Shown one piece after another: positions 18,269 through 28,667 of a stretch of 42,109 bases of DNA. Every line of letters starts with the position of its first letter. The stretch's first letter is position 1. Origin of the DNA: Chlamydiota bacterium (GTDB taxonomy: Bacteria > Auribacterota > Tritonobacteria > UBA1439). The stretch covers positions 1-42,109 of the forward strand of contig JBAXOY010000010.1 of assembly GCA_037133055.1 (NCBI GenBank). Reading direction: 5' to 3'. Below the pieces are notes generated by a model. That model did no database searches. It was not told the DNA's origin and worked only from the letters and a program-made list of their open reading frames with translations. The position numbers and the translations under genes were made by a program.

Positions 18269-18706
18269 ATGGGAAAGACCCTTTTCATCATCAAGCCCGA
18301 TGCGGTACAGAGGGGGATCGAGGACGAGATCCTGAAACGGGCCGCCGCGGCCGGCCTGAAAATCGCCCGGTTCGAGCGGCGCAGGCTCACCAGGGCCGAG
18401 GTCGAGGCTCTCTACCACGAACACCTGGGCAAGCCGTTTTTTCAGCGGAACGCGGAGTTCATCGCGAGCGGGGAGCTGATTCTGTGCCTCGTCGAGGGCG
18501 GGGGGGACATCGTCAGGCGCGTGCGGGGGTTCATGGGCGACAAGGATCCGGCGCGGGCGCGGAAGGGAACGATACGGGGGGATTACGGCATCGATCCCTC
18601 GCACATGGAGCGCAACCTCGTCCACGGCTCATCGAGCGCAAAGGATGCGGAGAGGGAAGTCGCGCTTTTCTTCGGCGGCGGGGGAGCGCCCCGCACGGGG
18701 CGCTGA
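18269..18706 (+). CDS. ndk: Nucleoside-diphosphate kinase
   Basis: TLFIIKPDAV, YHEH.GKPFF, GTIRGDYG, RNLVHGS phospho-His motif. Confidence 0.95.
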   Translation: MGKTLFIIKPDAVQRGIEDEILKRAAAAGLKIARFERRRLTRAEVEALYHEHLGKPFFQRNAEFIASGELILCLVEGGGDIVRRVRGFMGDKDPARARKGTIRGDYGIDPSHMERNLVHGSSSAKDAEREVALFFGGGGAPRTGR

Positions 18707-18745
18707 CGCGCTTCGCCGATCCACACGGCCATCAAGGGAGGGTCC

Positions 18746-18850
18746 ATGTCAAAGCCACATCGCGTATCGGAAAAAAAGCAGCGCAGGAGGAAGTACCTGA
18801 AGAGAGTCGGCAAAAAGCGCAGGACCGCCGCGGCTCCAGAGGCGAAATGA
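18746..18850 (+). CDS. 34-aa highly basic small protein (not in ORF track)
   Basis: AAGGGAGG RBS. MSKPHRVSEKKQRRRKYLKRVGKKRRTAAAPEAK*. Fills the ndk-moaA gap. Confidence 0.65.
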   Translation: MSKPHRVSEKKQRRRKYLKRVGKKRRTAAAPEAK

Positions 18851-18880
18851 CGCCGTGACGATCCCGGGGGAGAAGCGCTG

Positions 18881-19828
18881 ATGCCTCCGCTTGTCGACCC
18901 GCTGGGGAGGCCGGTCACCTACCTCCGGATATCGGTTACGGACCGCTGCAACCTCCGCTGCGGCTACTGCATGCCGCGCGAAGGGGTGAATCCCATCCCG
19001 CACGCCGACGTCCTCCGCTACGAGGAGATTCTCGCCGTGGTGCGGGCCGCCCGGTCGCTCGGCTTCGACCGGTTCAGGGTCACGGGCGGCGAGCCCCTTG
19101 CCCGGCGGGGGGTGCTGTGGCTCCTCGAGCGGCTTGCGTCCGAGGGGGCGCCCGTCTCCATCACCACCAACGGCATACTGCTTGCCCGGTTCGCCCGCGA
19201 CATCGCCGGGGCGGGCCTCCGGCGGATCAACGTCGGCCTGGACACCCTCCGCGGCGACCGTTTCCATCGCATCACCGGCACGGACGGGCTCGCGATTGTG
19301 CTCCGCGGAATCGACGCGGCCCGCGCCGAGGGGATCGCGCCGCTCAAGGTGAACGTGGTGGTCATGCGCGGCGTCAACGACGACGAGGTCGTGGACTTCA
19401 TCGACTGGGGGAGGAGAGAGCGCCTCGACGTCAGGTTCATCGAGTTCATGCCCGTGCGCGGGGAGGACCTGTTCGTTTCCCTCGCGCCGTTCATCGCATC
19501 CGTGGAAAGGTCGGGCGGGCTCCATCCCGCGGCGATTGAGGGCGGGGGCCCCGCGCGGAGCTTCCGGTATCTGGACGGGGCGGGGACCGTCGGGTTCATC
19601 ATGCCCCGCACAGAGCCCTTCTGCGCCGGGTGCAACCGCGTGCGGCTCACCGCGGACGGCACGCTGCTCCCGTGCCTCTTCTCGCAGGAGGGAATTCCGC
19701 TGCGCGACGCGCTGCGGAGCGGCGGCGATATCGCCGCCCTGATCCGGGACGCAGTCCGGGCGAAGCCCGAAGGGCACGGCCTGAAGATGCGCCTCCACCG
19801 CTACGGCATGCACGCCCTTGGGGGATGA
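18881..19828 (+). CDS. moaA: GTP 3',8-cyclase MoaA
   Basis: YLRISVTDRCNLRCGYCMP radical-SAM motif, TGGEP, RFIEFMP, FC..CNRVRLTADG.L.PCL, C-terminal GG. Confidence 0.96.
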   Translation: MPPLVDPLGRPVTYLRISVTDRCNLRCGYCMPREGVNPIPHADVLRYEEILAVVRAARSLGFDRFRVTGGEPLARRGVLWLLERLASEGAPVSITTNGILLARFARDIAGAGLRRINVGLDTLRGDRFHRITGTDGLAIVLRGIDAARAEGIAPLKVNVVVMRGVNDDEVVDFIDWGRRERLDVRFIEFMPVRGEDLFVSLAPFIASVERSGGLHPAAIEGGGPARSFRYLDGAGTVGFIMPRTEPFCAGCNRVRLTADGTLLPCLFSQEGIPLRDALRSGGDIAALIRDAVRAKPEGHGLKMRLHRYGMHALGG

Positions 19829-19900
19829 GCCCGCAGACGCAGCAGGCAACCGTCGAGGAGATCAGCAATAAGAGCAACCCGTACACTTTCGGTTTCCGTT

Positions 19901-20749
19901 GTGATTGCCGCACGCTGGATGCTACCTGTATCCTGCCTCGGGGCCGACGTTCGCCTGGCCAACGGGATCCGCCTGCACTATGAAACATCGGGCAGCGGGG
20001 CCATACCGGTGGTGCTGGTGCACGGGTACGGCATGTCGTCCGCGGTGTGGGAGAAAACGCTGCCGCTTCTCCCGTCCGGCTACCGATGGCTGGCGGTGGA
20101 TCTTCGCGGGTTCGGCCGCTCCGACAAGCCCGAGGGCGGCTACGGCTGCCCGGAACTGGCGGAGGATATCGCGGCGTTCCTGGATGCCCTGGGAATATCC
20201 CGGGCCGTGCTGATCGGCCACTCATTCGGGGGCCTGGTGATCCAGCATTTTGCGGCGCGTCACCCCGAGCGAGTGCTGGCGTTTGTGCTATCCAACACCT
20301 TCTCCGCCGCCCTGCCGCCCAGGGGCCTCACACCGGTTGTGGAACAGCGCATCAATGGCTACGGGACCGCCGAAAGTAACCGCAAGGTTTTCGATGCGGC
20401 CGTTCCGCGCTACTTCGACGCTTCCAACGTGACCGCGGCGGATATCGAACGGTTTGTCACAATCGGGCTCCAGGCGTGCACTCCCGCCCTGCGGGAGACC
20501 CTGAGGGCAAATTACACCACGCCGGCCATACCGGCCCCGCAACTTGCAGCCGTTCGGGCGCCGATCATTATCCTCGTGTCCGCGCATGATCCGTTCGGCA
20601 CCTTCGACCAGGCAGTCGCCATGAGCGACGCCCTGCCCGACAGCCGCATCCGGGTATTCACGCGCTGCGGCCACACCCCGATGTGGGAGAAGCCGCAGGA
20701 ATTCGCCGGGACGGTCGCGGATTTCCTGAAGACCGCCGGCCTGAGATGA
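19901..20749 (+). CDS. Alpha/beta-fold hydrolase
   Basis: VLVHG, DLRGFGRSD, GHSFGG nucleophile elbow, HDP acid, CGHTP His. Start uncertain (see findings). Confidence 0.9.
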   Translation: MIAARWMLPVSCLGADVRLANGIRLHYETSGSGAIPVVLVHGYGMSSAVWEKTLPLLPSGYRWLAVDLRGFGRSDKPEGGYGCPELAEDIAAFLDALGISRAVLIGHSFGGLVIQHFAARHPERVLAFVLSNTFSAALPPRGLTPVVEQRINGYGTAESNRKVFDAAVPRYFDASNVTAADIERFVTIGLQACTPALRETLRANYTTPAIPAPQLAAVRAPIIILVSAHDPFGTFDQAVAMSDALPDSRIRVFTRCGHTPMWEKPQEFAGTVADFLKTAGLR

Positions 20750-20850
20750 CCGACCTGAGAGAAACGGATTCTCCCCGGGGGTAAAATAATGTAGCATACC
20801 CTCTGTGAGGGGATTCAATTTCAACGGCTGCTTTGAAAAGGAGGGAGGCC

Positions 20851-22311
20851 ATGAAAGACAGGAAGAAGAAACTGACCACCAACGCCGGGGCGCCGGTCCC
20901 CGACAACCAGAATATCATGACCGCCGGACCGCGCGGCCCGGCGCTGCTCCAGGATATCTGGTTCCTGGAAAAACTCGGCCACTTCGACCGGGAGGTCATC
21001 CCCGAGCGGCGGATGCACGCCAAGGGCTCCGGGGCCTACGGCGCCTTCACCGTCACGCACGACATCACCCGCTACACGAAAGCAAAGATATTCTCCCGGG
21101 TCGGGAAGAAGACCGACCTCTTCGTCCGCTTCTCCACGGTGGCGGGCGAGCGGGGCGCGGCGGACGCCGAGCGCGATATCCGGGGCTTCGCCGTCAAGTT
21201 CTACACGGAGGAAGGCAACTGGGACCTGGTGGGGAACAACACCCCCGTGTTCTTCCTGCGCGATCCGTTGAAGTTCCCCGACCTCAACCACGCGGTGAAG
21301 CGGGACCCGCGCACCAACCTGCGCAGCGCAAAGAACAACTGGGACTTCTGGACCTCCCTGCCGGAGGCCCTGCACCAGGTCACCATCGTCATGAGCGACC
21401 GGGGCATCCCCGCCACCTACCGGAATATGCACGGATTCGGCAGCCACACCTTCAGCCTCATCAACGCCGGGAACGAGCGGCACTGGGTCAAGTTCCATTG
21501 GGTCTGCCGGCAGGGCATCAAGAACCTGACCGACGCGGAGGCCGAGGCCGTTATCGCCAAGGACCGTGAGAGCCACCAGCGCGACCTCTACGAAAGCATC
21601 GAGAAAGAAAATTTCCCGAAGTGGAAGCTCTGCATCCAGGCGATGCCGGAGAAGGATGCGGCCACGTGCCCCTACCACCCGTTCGACCTCACCAAGGTCT
21701 GGTTCCACAAGGACTACCCGCTCATGGAGGTGGGGGTCATGGAGCTGAACCGCAACCCCGAGAACTACTTCGCCGAGGTCGAGCAGTCGGCCTTCAATCC
21801 GGCCAACATCGTGCCCGGCATCGGCTTCTCGCCGGACAAGATGCTGCAGGGGCGCCTGTTCTCCTACGGGGACGCCCAGCGCTACCGGCTCGGGGTGAAC
21901 CACCATCTGATCCCGGTCAACAGGTCACGCTGCCCCTTCCAGAGCTACCACCGCGACGGCGCCATGCGGGTGGACGGCAATTACGGCGGCACCCTCGGGT
22001 ACGAGCCGAACAGCTACGGCGAGTGGAAGCAGCAGCCGGAATTCGCCGAGCCGCCGCTGAGCCTGGAGGGGGCGGCCGACCACTGGAACCACCGTGTGGA
22101 CGAGGACTACTACAGCCAGCCCGGCAAGCTCTTCCGCCTCATGAGCCCCGCGCAGCGGAAGGCCCTCTTCGGCAACACCGCCCGCGCCATGGGTGACGCC
22201 CCGAAGGAAGTAAAGGTCCGCCACATAGGCAACTGCCTGAAGGCCGATCCCGCCTACGGCAAAGGGGTGGCCGCCGCGCTCGGGATCCCGCTGAGCGAGG
22301 TCCCGAACTAG
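20851..22311 (+). CDS. katA: Monofunctional heme catalase (small subunit)
   Basis: [15 protein letters not shown] active-site signature, [21 protein letters not shown] proximal-Tyr signature. GGAGG RBS. Confidence 0.97.
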   Translation: MKDRKKKLTTNAGAPVPDNQNIMTAGPRGPALLQDIWFLEKLGHFDREVIPERRMHAKGSGAYGAFTVTHDITRYTKAKIFSRVGKKTDLFVRFSTVAGERGAADAERDIRGFAVKFYTEEGNWDLVGNNTPVFFLRDPLKFPDLNHAVKRDPRTNLRSAKNNWDFWTSLPEALHQVTIVMSDRGIPATYRNMHGFGSHTFSLINAGNERHWVKFHWVCRQGIKNLTDAEAEAVIAKDRESHQRDLYESIEKENFPKWKLCIQAMPEKDAATCPYHPFDLTKVWFHKDYPLMEVGVMELNRNPENYFAEVEQSAFNPANIVPGIGFSPDKMLQGRLFSYGDAQRYRLGVNHHLIPVNRSRCPFQSYHRDGAMRVDGNYGGTLGYEPNSYGEWKQQPEFAEPPLSLEGAADHWNHRVDEDYYSQPGKLFRLMSPAQRKALFGNTARAMGDAPKEVKVRHIGNCLKADPAYGKGVAAALGIPLSEVPN

Positions 22312-22320
22312 GAGCCTGTC
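22308..22320 (+). repeat. CTAGGAGCCTGTC motif, possible IS/MITE terminal-repeat remnant
   Basis: Exact reverse complement at 32188-32200 and a 1-mismatch copy at 23420-23431. Contains the katA stop. Confidence 0.5.
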
Positions 22321-22433
22321 GATCGCAGTCCGGTCGGCGCCCCGCGCCACCCGAGTTATTCACCGGGCCCGCCTCTGTCTGTGGCCTGAGCTCTCGGTTC
22401 TGTTAAGGCGTGATAATGAAAGGAGGATCGGCC

Positions 22434-22955
22434 ATGGCAAGGCGGGTTTCCATATTGTGTGCCGTTTGTTTCATGCTGGCGGTCTTTGGGATTGATGCCC
22501 GGGGCGAACATGCGGGGGGTGCACTTCGTCTTGGGGTCTATGACAATCGGGCGATTGCAGTTGCCTATGCGCACTCGAAGTTGAACCCGGTCAGTGAGAA
22601 GGTGAAGGAACAGAAAAAGGCGCGGGAGGAAGGAGATACGAAGAGGGTGAAAGAGCTTGATGCATGGGGCGAGAAGCATCAGCGGGAACTCCACCGTCAA
22701 GGATTTGGACGAGTACCTGTCAATGACATCCTTGCACAAGTGAGGGATAAGCTCCCCGAAATCGCACGAAAGGCGAGGGTCGACGCAATAGCATGGCAGT
22801 GTGACTATGCAGGACAGAATGTTGAGGTTGTTGACATCACAAGGGAACTGGTTCTCCTGTTTGATCCGTCGGAAAAAACGCTGAAAGCGGTTGAAGAAGT
22901 CAAGAAACATGCTCCTCTGGACCTTGACGAAATCGAGCAGCATCACGAGCATTGA
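22434..22955 (+). CDS. Secreted hypothetical protein (loosely OmpH/Skp-like layout)
   Basis: AGGAGG RBS, signal-peptide-like N-terminus, LGVYD..AI strand, charged helical core, DIT.ELV. Visibly lower GC than neighbours. Confidence 0.7.
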   Translation: MARRVSILCAVCFMLAVFGIDARGEHAGGALRLGVYDNRAIAVAYAHSKLNPVSEKVKEQKKAREEGDTKRVKELDAWGEKHQRELHRQGFGRVPVNDILAQVRDKLPEIARKARVDAIAWQCDYAGQNVEVVDITRELVLLFDPSEKTLKAVEEVKKHAPLDLDEIEQHHEH

Positions 22956-23006
22956 TTTGGTGCGAATAAAAACGTCGGGTTCATACCTCGGCCATCGACT
23001 AAATGC

Positions 23007-23422
23007 GTGCCCCGGGCGGTGTGCCCGGAGGCATTGTCCCTGGTTGCCGTGTCGCATGGGCGGATTGTCGGGCACATCCTCTTCAGCCCGGTCACCGTCG
23101 AATCCGGGGACCGACAGATTTGCGGTATGGGACTCGCCCCCATGGCGGTGCTTCCAGGATTTCAGCGTGGGGGATCGGATCCCGTTTGGTCGAGGCGGGC
23201 CTGGGTATCCTTCGCGGGTAGGTGTGCCCGTTCGTTATCGTCCTCGGGCACCCGGAGTAGTATCCCCGTTTCGGTTTTGTGCCCGCCTCGCGGCACGGCC
23301 TGCGATGCCAGTGGAATGGTGTGCCGGACGAGGCGTTCATGGTGCTGATCCTCGACGAAAAGGTCATGGCCGGAGTGTCGGGTGTCGCAAGGTACCGGGA
23401 TGAGTTCGATGCAGCAATGTAG
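23007..23422 (+). pseudogene. GNAT N-acetyltransferase (YhbS-like) pseudogene
   Basis: LSLVAV..GRIVGHILFSP..GLAPMAVLP.FQR, frameshift near 23168, then GIGSRLV..LRG*VCPFVIVLGHPE*YPRFGF..VPDEAFMVL..ARYRDEFDAAM*. In-frame TAGs at 23219 and 23258; N-terminus missing. Confidence 0.88.
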
Positions 23423-23480
23423 GCGCCTGTCCGAGTAATGGATCTCGACGCGTTGCGAAATGTTACGAAAGGAGGATGGG

Positions 23481-24110
23481 ATGAGGAGATCGCGCCACGA
23501 GAGAGATGATCGGGAACATGCACCCTCGTCTCTGAGCTCCGCCGTCGCGGAACTGGAGTCCCCGGGCGCGAAAAAGTTCAGGACGGCCAGGAACCTCATC
23601 GCGCTCAGCGAAAAGGACCCGTCCGCCCTTGTGCCGTTTTTCGACGATTTCCGACGCCTCATGGGCGCAGAGAACAAGATCATCAAATGGTCCGTGTATC
23701 AGATCATCGCCAATCTTGCCTGCGCGGACAGGCGCGGGCGCATCGCGGCGATCCTCGACGAATACCTTGCTCCCATAAAGGGCCCGGCGATGGTCACGGC
23801 GGCGAACGCGATCCGTGGAGGAGCGAAGATCGCCGCGGCGCACGAAGGCCTCGCCCCGCGGATCGCATCGGCGATTCTCGGCGTCGAGCGCGCGCGGTAC
23901 AAGACCGCGGAATGCAGGAATGTCGCGATCGGTCATGCCGTCACCGCCCTGGAATCGATGGGCGACGACGTGAAGCGCCCGGCGAGGGTGGTCGCCTTCG
24001 TGAAGAGGCAGACGCGCAACCGCCGCGCCGGGACGCGCAAGAAGGCGGAGGCATTCCTCATGAGAATCCGGGGAGAGACCTCCCGCGGCGCCCATCTCGC
24101 CCCGCGATGA
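23481..24110 (+). CDS. Hypothetical all-helical (HEAT/ARM-like) protein
   Basis: AGGAGG RBS, amphipathic helical pattern, high-GC codon usage. Confidence 0.65.
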   Translation: MRRSRHERDDREHAPSSLSSAVAELESPGAKKFRTARNLIALSEKDPSALVPFFDDFRRLMGAENKIIKWSVYQIIANLACADRRGRIAAILDEYLAPIKGPAMVTAANAIRGGAKIAAAHEGLAPRIASAILGVERARYKTAECRNVAIGHAVTALESMGDDVKRPARVVAFVKRQTRNRRAGTRKKAEAFLMRIRGETSRGAHLAPR

Positions 24111-24159
24111 CCGGGCCGGGCACGGGAGCCGTGGCGGGGGCACAATCCGCAAAATCGCC

Positions 24160-24188
24160 TTGCCCCCCACGCCCGATCGTCATATACT
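24160..24188 (+). promoter_or_regulatory. Sigma70-type promoter TTGCCC-17-TATACT
   Basis: -35 at 24160-24165, -10 at 24183-24188. Confidence 0.5.
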
Positions 24189-24213
24189 ACACGTAGTGGA
24201 ACGCGCAGCGGCG

Positions 24214-24246
24214 GAGGGGACCCGGTCGTCCGGGGTTCCTTTTTTT
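24214..24246 (+). terminator. Intrinsic terminator-like hairpin plus T7
   Basis: gaggggacccgg-tcgt-ccggggttcc followed by ttttttt. Confidence 0.6.
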
Positions 24247-24290
24247 AACCTGAGGCCCGCTTCTGCGACGGTTTTAAGGAGGACGGGCGG

Positions 24291-25046
24291 TTGAAAGCGC
24301 TCATCATGGCGGCGGGGTACGCGACGAGGCTCTACCCGCTCACGAAGAACAACGCGAAACCGCTCCTCCCGATTGCGGGCCGACCGATCATCGACTATAT
24401 CGCCGACGCCCTCGACCGTGTCGCGGAGATCGACCGCATATCCGTGGTGACCAACCATCGGTTCGCCCCGTTGTTCGCGAAATGGGCTGAGAAAAGGCGC
24501 GGGCGGGCCCCCGTGACGGTCGTGGACGACGGGACGGTCTCCGACGCGGACAAACTCGGCGCCATCGGCGACATCCGGTACGTGATCGGGAAGGAAAAAA
24601 TCGACGACGACCTGTTCGTGGTCCTCGGCGACAACCTGTTCGACCTTGACCTGACGCGTATCGTCCTTTTTTTCAGGGAGAAGGGGACCACGGTCGCCGC
24701 GTACGACGTGGCGGACCGGGATGCCGCAAAGCTTTACGGCATCCTCGGCGTGGACGGGGCGGGGCGCGTCGTCAATTTCGTCGAGAAGCCCGCCGACCCC
24801 CCCTCGACGCTCGCCGCGATCGGGATGTACCTGTTCCCGCGGGAGAAGATCGGGCTCTTCGAGGAGTACGCGCGGGAGGGGAGCAAGATGGACGCGCCCG
24901 GCTTCTACATACGGTGGCTCTACCCCCGCGAGACCATCTACGCCTATGTTTTCCGGGGTGTCTGGTACGACATCGGGGACCTGGAGATGTACCGGAGGGC
25001 CGACGCGCTGTACGCGGCGGGGATGAAGGAGAAAGCGGGGGATTGA
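24291..25046 (+). CDS. Sugar-phosphate nucleotidyltransferase family protein
   Basis: TTG start after [40 protein letters not shown]. Confidence 0.9.
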   Translation: MKALIMAAGYATRLYPLTKNNAKPLLPIAGRPIIDYIADALDRVAEIDRISVVTNHRFAPLFAKWAEKRRGRAPVTVVDDGTVSDADKLGAIGDIRYVIGKEKIDDDLFVVLGDNLFDLDLTRIVLFFREKGTTVAAYDVADRDAAKLYGILGVDGAGRVVNFVEKPADPPSTLAAIGMYLFPREKIGLFEEYAREGSKMDAPGFYIRWLYPRETIYAYVFRGVWYDIGDLEMYRRADALYAAGMKEKAGD

Positions 25047-25071
25047 CAGGCGGGCGCGAAAGGGGTAGAGT
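25043..25071 (+). promoter_or_regulatory. Sigma70 promoter TTGACA-17-TAGAGT for metK
   Basis: Consensus -35 overlapping the upstream stop codon, with a 17-nt spacer. Confidence 0.6.
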
Positions 25072-25117
25072 ACCACTGCCTGGGATGGGGAACACCAGCA
25101 CACAAAGGGAGGATGCC

Positions 25118-26284
25118 ATGGCATCACGTTATCTTTTTACCTCTGAATCGGTCACGATGGGGCACCCCGACAAGGTCGCGGACCAGATCTCCGACGCGGT
25201 CGTCGACGCCGTCTACGAGAAGGACCCCAACGGCCGGGTGGCCTGCGAAACGCTGCTCACCACGGGGCTCGTGGTGATCGCCGGAGAGATCACCACCACC
25301 GCCGATATAGATTTCCAGGAAGTCGCCCGCCGGACGATCAAGGAGATCGGCTACACGAGCAGCGATATCGGCTTCGACTACAAGAACTGCGGCATCCTCG
25401 TCTCCGTGCACAAGCAGTCCCCCGACATCTCCCAGGGGGTCACCGAGGGGCAGGGGTTGCACAAGGAGGCGGGCGCTGGCGACCAGGGGCTGATGTTCGG
25501 CTACGCCTGCCGCGAGACGAAGGAGCTGATGCCGCTCCCGATCCACCTCGCGCACCGGCTCGTCGAGCGCCTCGCGTACGCGCGCGAGAAGAAGCTCATC
25601 CCCTGGCTCCGCCCGGACGGCAAGTCGCAGGTGACGGTCGAGTACAAGGACGGCGCGCCGGTCCGCGTCCACACCGTCGTGGTCTCGACGCAGCACTCGG
25701 ACGGGGTCCCCTACGCGACGATCCGCAGGGAAATCATCAAGAAGATCATCCTGCCGGTCATCCCGAAGGGGATGCTTGACAAGGACACCATCTACCACGT
25801 CAACCCGACCGGGCGCTTCGTGGTCGGGGGCCCCGCCGGCGACACCGGCGTGACGGGCCGGAAGATCATCGTCGACACCTACGGCGGCAGGGGCCGCCAC
25901 GGCGGCGGCGCCTTCTCCGGCAAGGACCCGTCGAAGGTGGACCGGAGCGCGAGCTACATGGCGCGCTACGTCGCCAAGAACGTCGTCGCCGCAGGGCTTT
26001 CCGACCGGTGCGAGGTGCAGCTCTCGTACGCCATCGGCGTGGCGGAGCCGCTCTCGATCCACGTGGACACCGAGGGGACCGGCAGGATACCCGACGAGAA
26101 GATCGTCGCGCTCATTCGTAAACACTTCCCCCTGACCCCCGCGGGGATGATCGACCACCTGAAGCTGCGCCGGCCGATCTACAGGGAGACCGCCCGCGAC
26201 GGGCACTTCGGCCGCCCGCTCCCGAATTTCACCTGGGAGAAGATCGACAAGGCGGCGGCGCTCAGGAAAGACGCGGGGCTGTAA
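25118..26284 (+). CDS. metK: S-adenosylmethionine synthetase
   Basis: [43 protein letters not shown]. Confidence 0.98.
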   Translation: MASRYLFTSESVTMGHPDKVADQISDAVVDAVYEKDPNGRVACETLLTTGLVVIAGEITTTADIDFQEVARRTIKEIGYTSSDIGFDYKNCGILVSVHKQSPDISQGVTEGQGLHKEAGAGDQGLMFGYACRETKELMPLPIHLAHRLVERLAYAREKKLIPWLRPDGKSQVTVEYKDGAPVRVHTVVVSTQHSDGVPYATIRREIIKKIILPVIPKGMLDKDTIYHVNPTGRFVVGGPAGDTGVTGRKIIVDTYGGRGRHGGGAFSGKDPSKVDRSASYMARYVAKNVVAAGLSDRCEVQLSYAIGVAEPLSIHVDTEGTGRIPDEKIVALIRKHFPLTPAGMIDHLKLRRPIYRETARDGHFGRPLPNFTWEKIDKAAALRKDAGL

Positions 26285-27592
<1,308 letters not shown>

Positions 27593-27642
27593 CGCGCGGG
27601 ACGGGCGAATAATCCCGACGGCTCGCGTGGGCGAGACGACGC

Positions 27643-28413
27643 ATGTCCGCGGGAGCCATGAGAGAGACCGGCACGCAGTCCCTGTGCGTCGCGCTGTGGC
27701 GGGGAATCCTCGGCCTCGTCTTTCCGGCGCACTGCGCGCTCTGCGCCGTCCCGCTCGCCCCCGGCCGCCCGACCCCTCTCTGCGACCGCTGCTGGGACGC
27801 GCTCCCCTCGATACGGCAGCCCTACTGCCCCCGGTGCGGGAGGCAGATACGCGGCGCGACCCTGGTCCCGTTCGACACCCCCTGCGGCGAGTGCCGGATC
27901 GAGAAGCCGCGATTCGGGATCTGCCGGTCCGCGGGGCTGTACGAGGGATCGCTGCGTGAGTGCGTGCATCTCCTGAAATTCGGCGACCGGCGTGAGCTCG
28001 CCGCCGCGATGGGGCTCTTCATGGCGGAGTGCCTCGCGCGGGAGCTTCCCGGGGCAAAGTATGACGCGCTTGTTCCCGTCCCGATTTCGCGGGCGCGGCT
28101 CCGCGAGCGGGGCTTCAACCAGGCGCGCGACCTCGCCCGGGCGCTCGGGGCGCGGGCGGGGATGCCCGTGGAGGCGCGGGCGCTGACGCGCGGGGAAGGG
28201 CGACCGTCCCAGCGCACCTTTTCGAGGGCAGAACGCTGCAAGAACGTGTGCGGCGACTTCACCGTTTCGGACGCGGGCGCGGTCGAGGGACGGCGCCTCC
28301 TCCTGATCGATGATGTCTACACGACGGGCGCGACCGTGGACGAATGCGTCCGGGTCCTGCTTCGGGCCGGAGCGGAGGCGGTCGACGTGTTCACGCTCGC
28401 GCGGGGTGCCTGA
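27643..28413 (+). CDS. comF: ComF family (double zinc ribbon plus phosphoribosyltransferase)
   Basis: CALC, CDRC, CPRC, CGEC, RGFNQA, LLLIDDVYTTGAT. Confidence 0.9.
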   Translation: MSAGAMRETGTQSLCVALWRGILGLVFPAHCALCAVPLAPGRPTPLCDRCWDALPSIRQPYCPRCGRQIRGATLVPFDTPCGECRIEKPRFGICRSAGLYEGSLRECVHLLKFGDRRELAAAMGLFMAECLARELPGAKYDALVPVPISRARLRERGFNQARDLARALGARAGMPVEARALTRGEGRPSQRTFSRAERCKNVCGDFTVSDAGAVEGRRLLLIDDVYTTGATVDECVRVLLRAGAEAVDVFTLARGA

Positions 28414-28424
28414 CGCCGGGCGCG

Positions 28425-28635
28425 CAGCAATGACGTAGCCCGCAGATGAACGCAGATCGTCAGGATAGGCAGGATACGGAAGAGCAAAGAAAGAACCGCC
28501 CAAATGGGACGCAGATGAACGCGGATTCAAAACGTGTACCGAACCCTGAACTTTGAGTCAGAACCCCGAATGCTGAACCTTGGTTGTCTCTGCGTTTATC
28601 CTGACGATCTGCGTAATCTGCGTGCCGGCGTTGAA
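28425..28635. repeat. Dispersed GCAGAT/CAGGAT inverted-repeat element, copy 2
   Basis: Left arm cgcagatgaacgcagatcgtcaggataggcaggata (28441-28476), middle gggacgcagatgaacgcggat (28506-28526), right arm tatcctgacgatctgcgtaatctgcg (28597-28622). Confidence 0.9.
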
Positions 28636-28667
28636 GCATTGAAACGCTGCGGGAGACTTGAACACCC

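Noticed and set aside
22320..23000. Integron cassette around the low-GC secreted gene
   Set aside because: gttaagg is not a proper GTTRRRY, no RYYYAAC partner follows the stop, and there is no integrase.
23219..23260. TAG read-through (pyrrolysine or recoding) in the GNAT gene
   Set aside because: The gene also has a frameshift and a missing N-terminus, and TAG ends intact genes such as katA. A pseudogene is the simpler explanation.
25072..25117. SAM or SAH riboswitch before metK or ahcY
   Set aside because: The leaders are very short (~40 nt) and lack consensus elements I can recognise.
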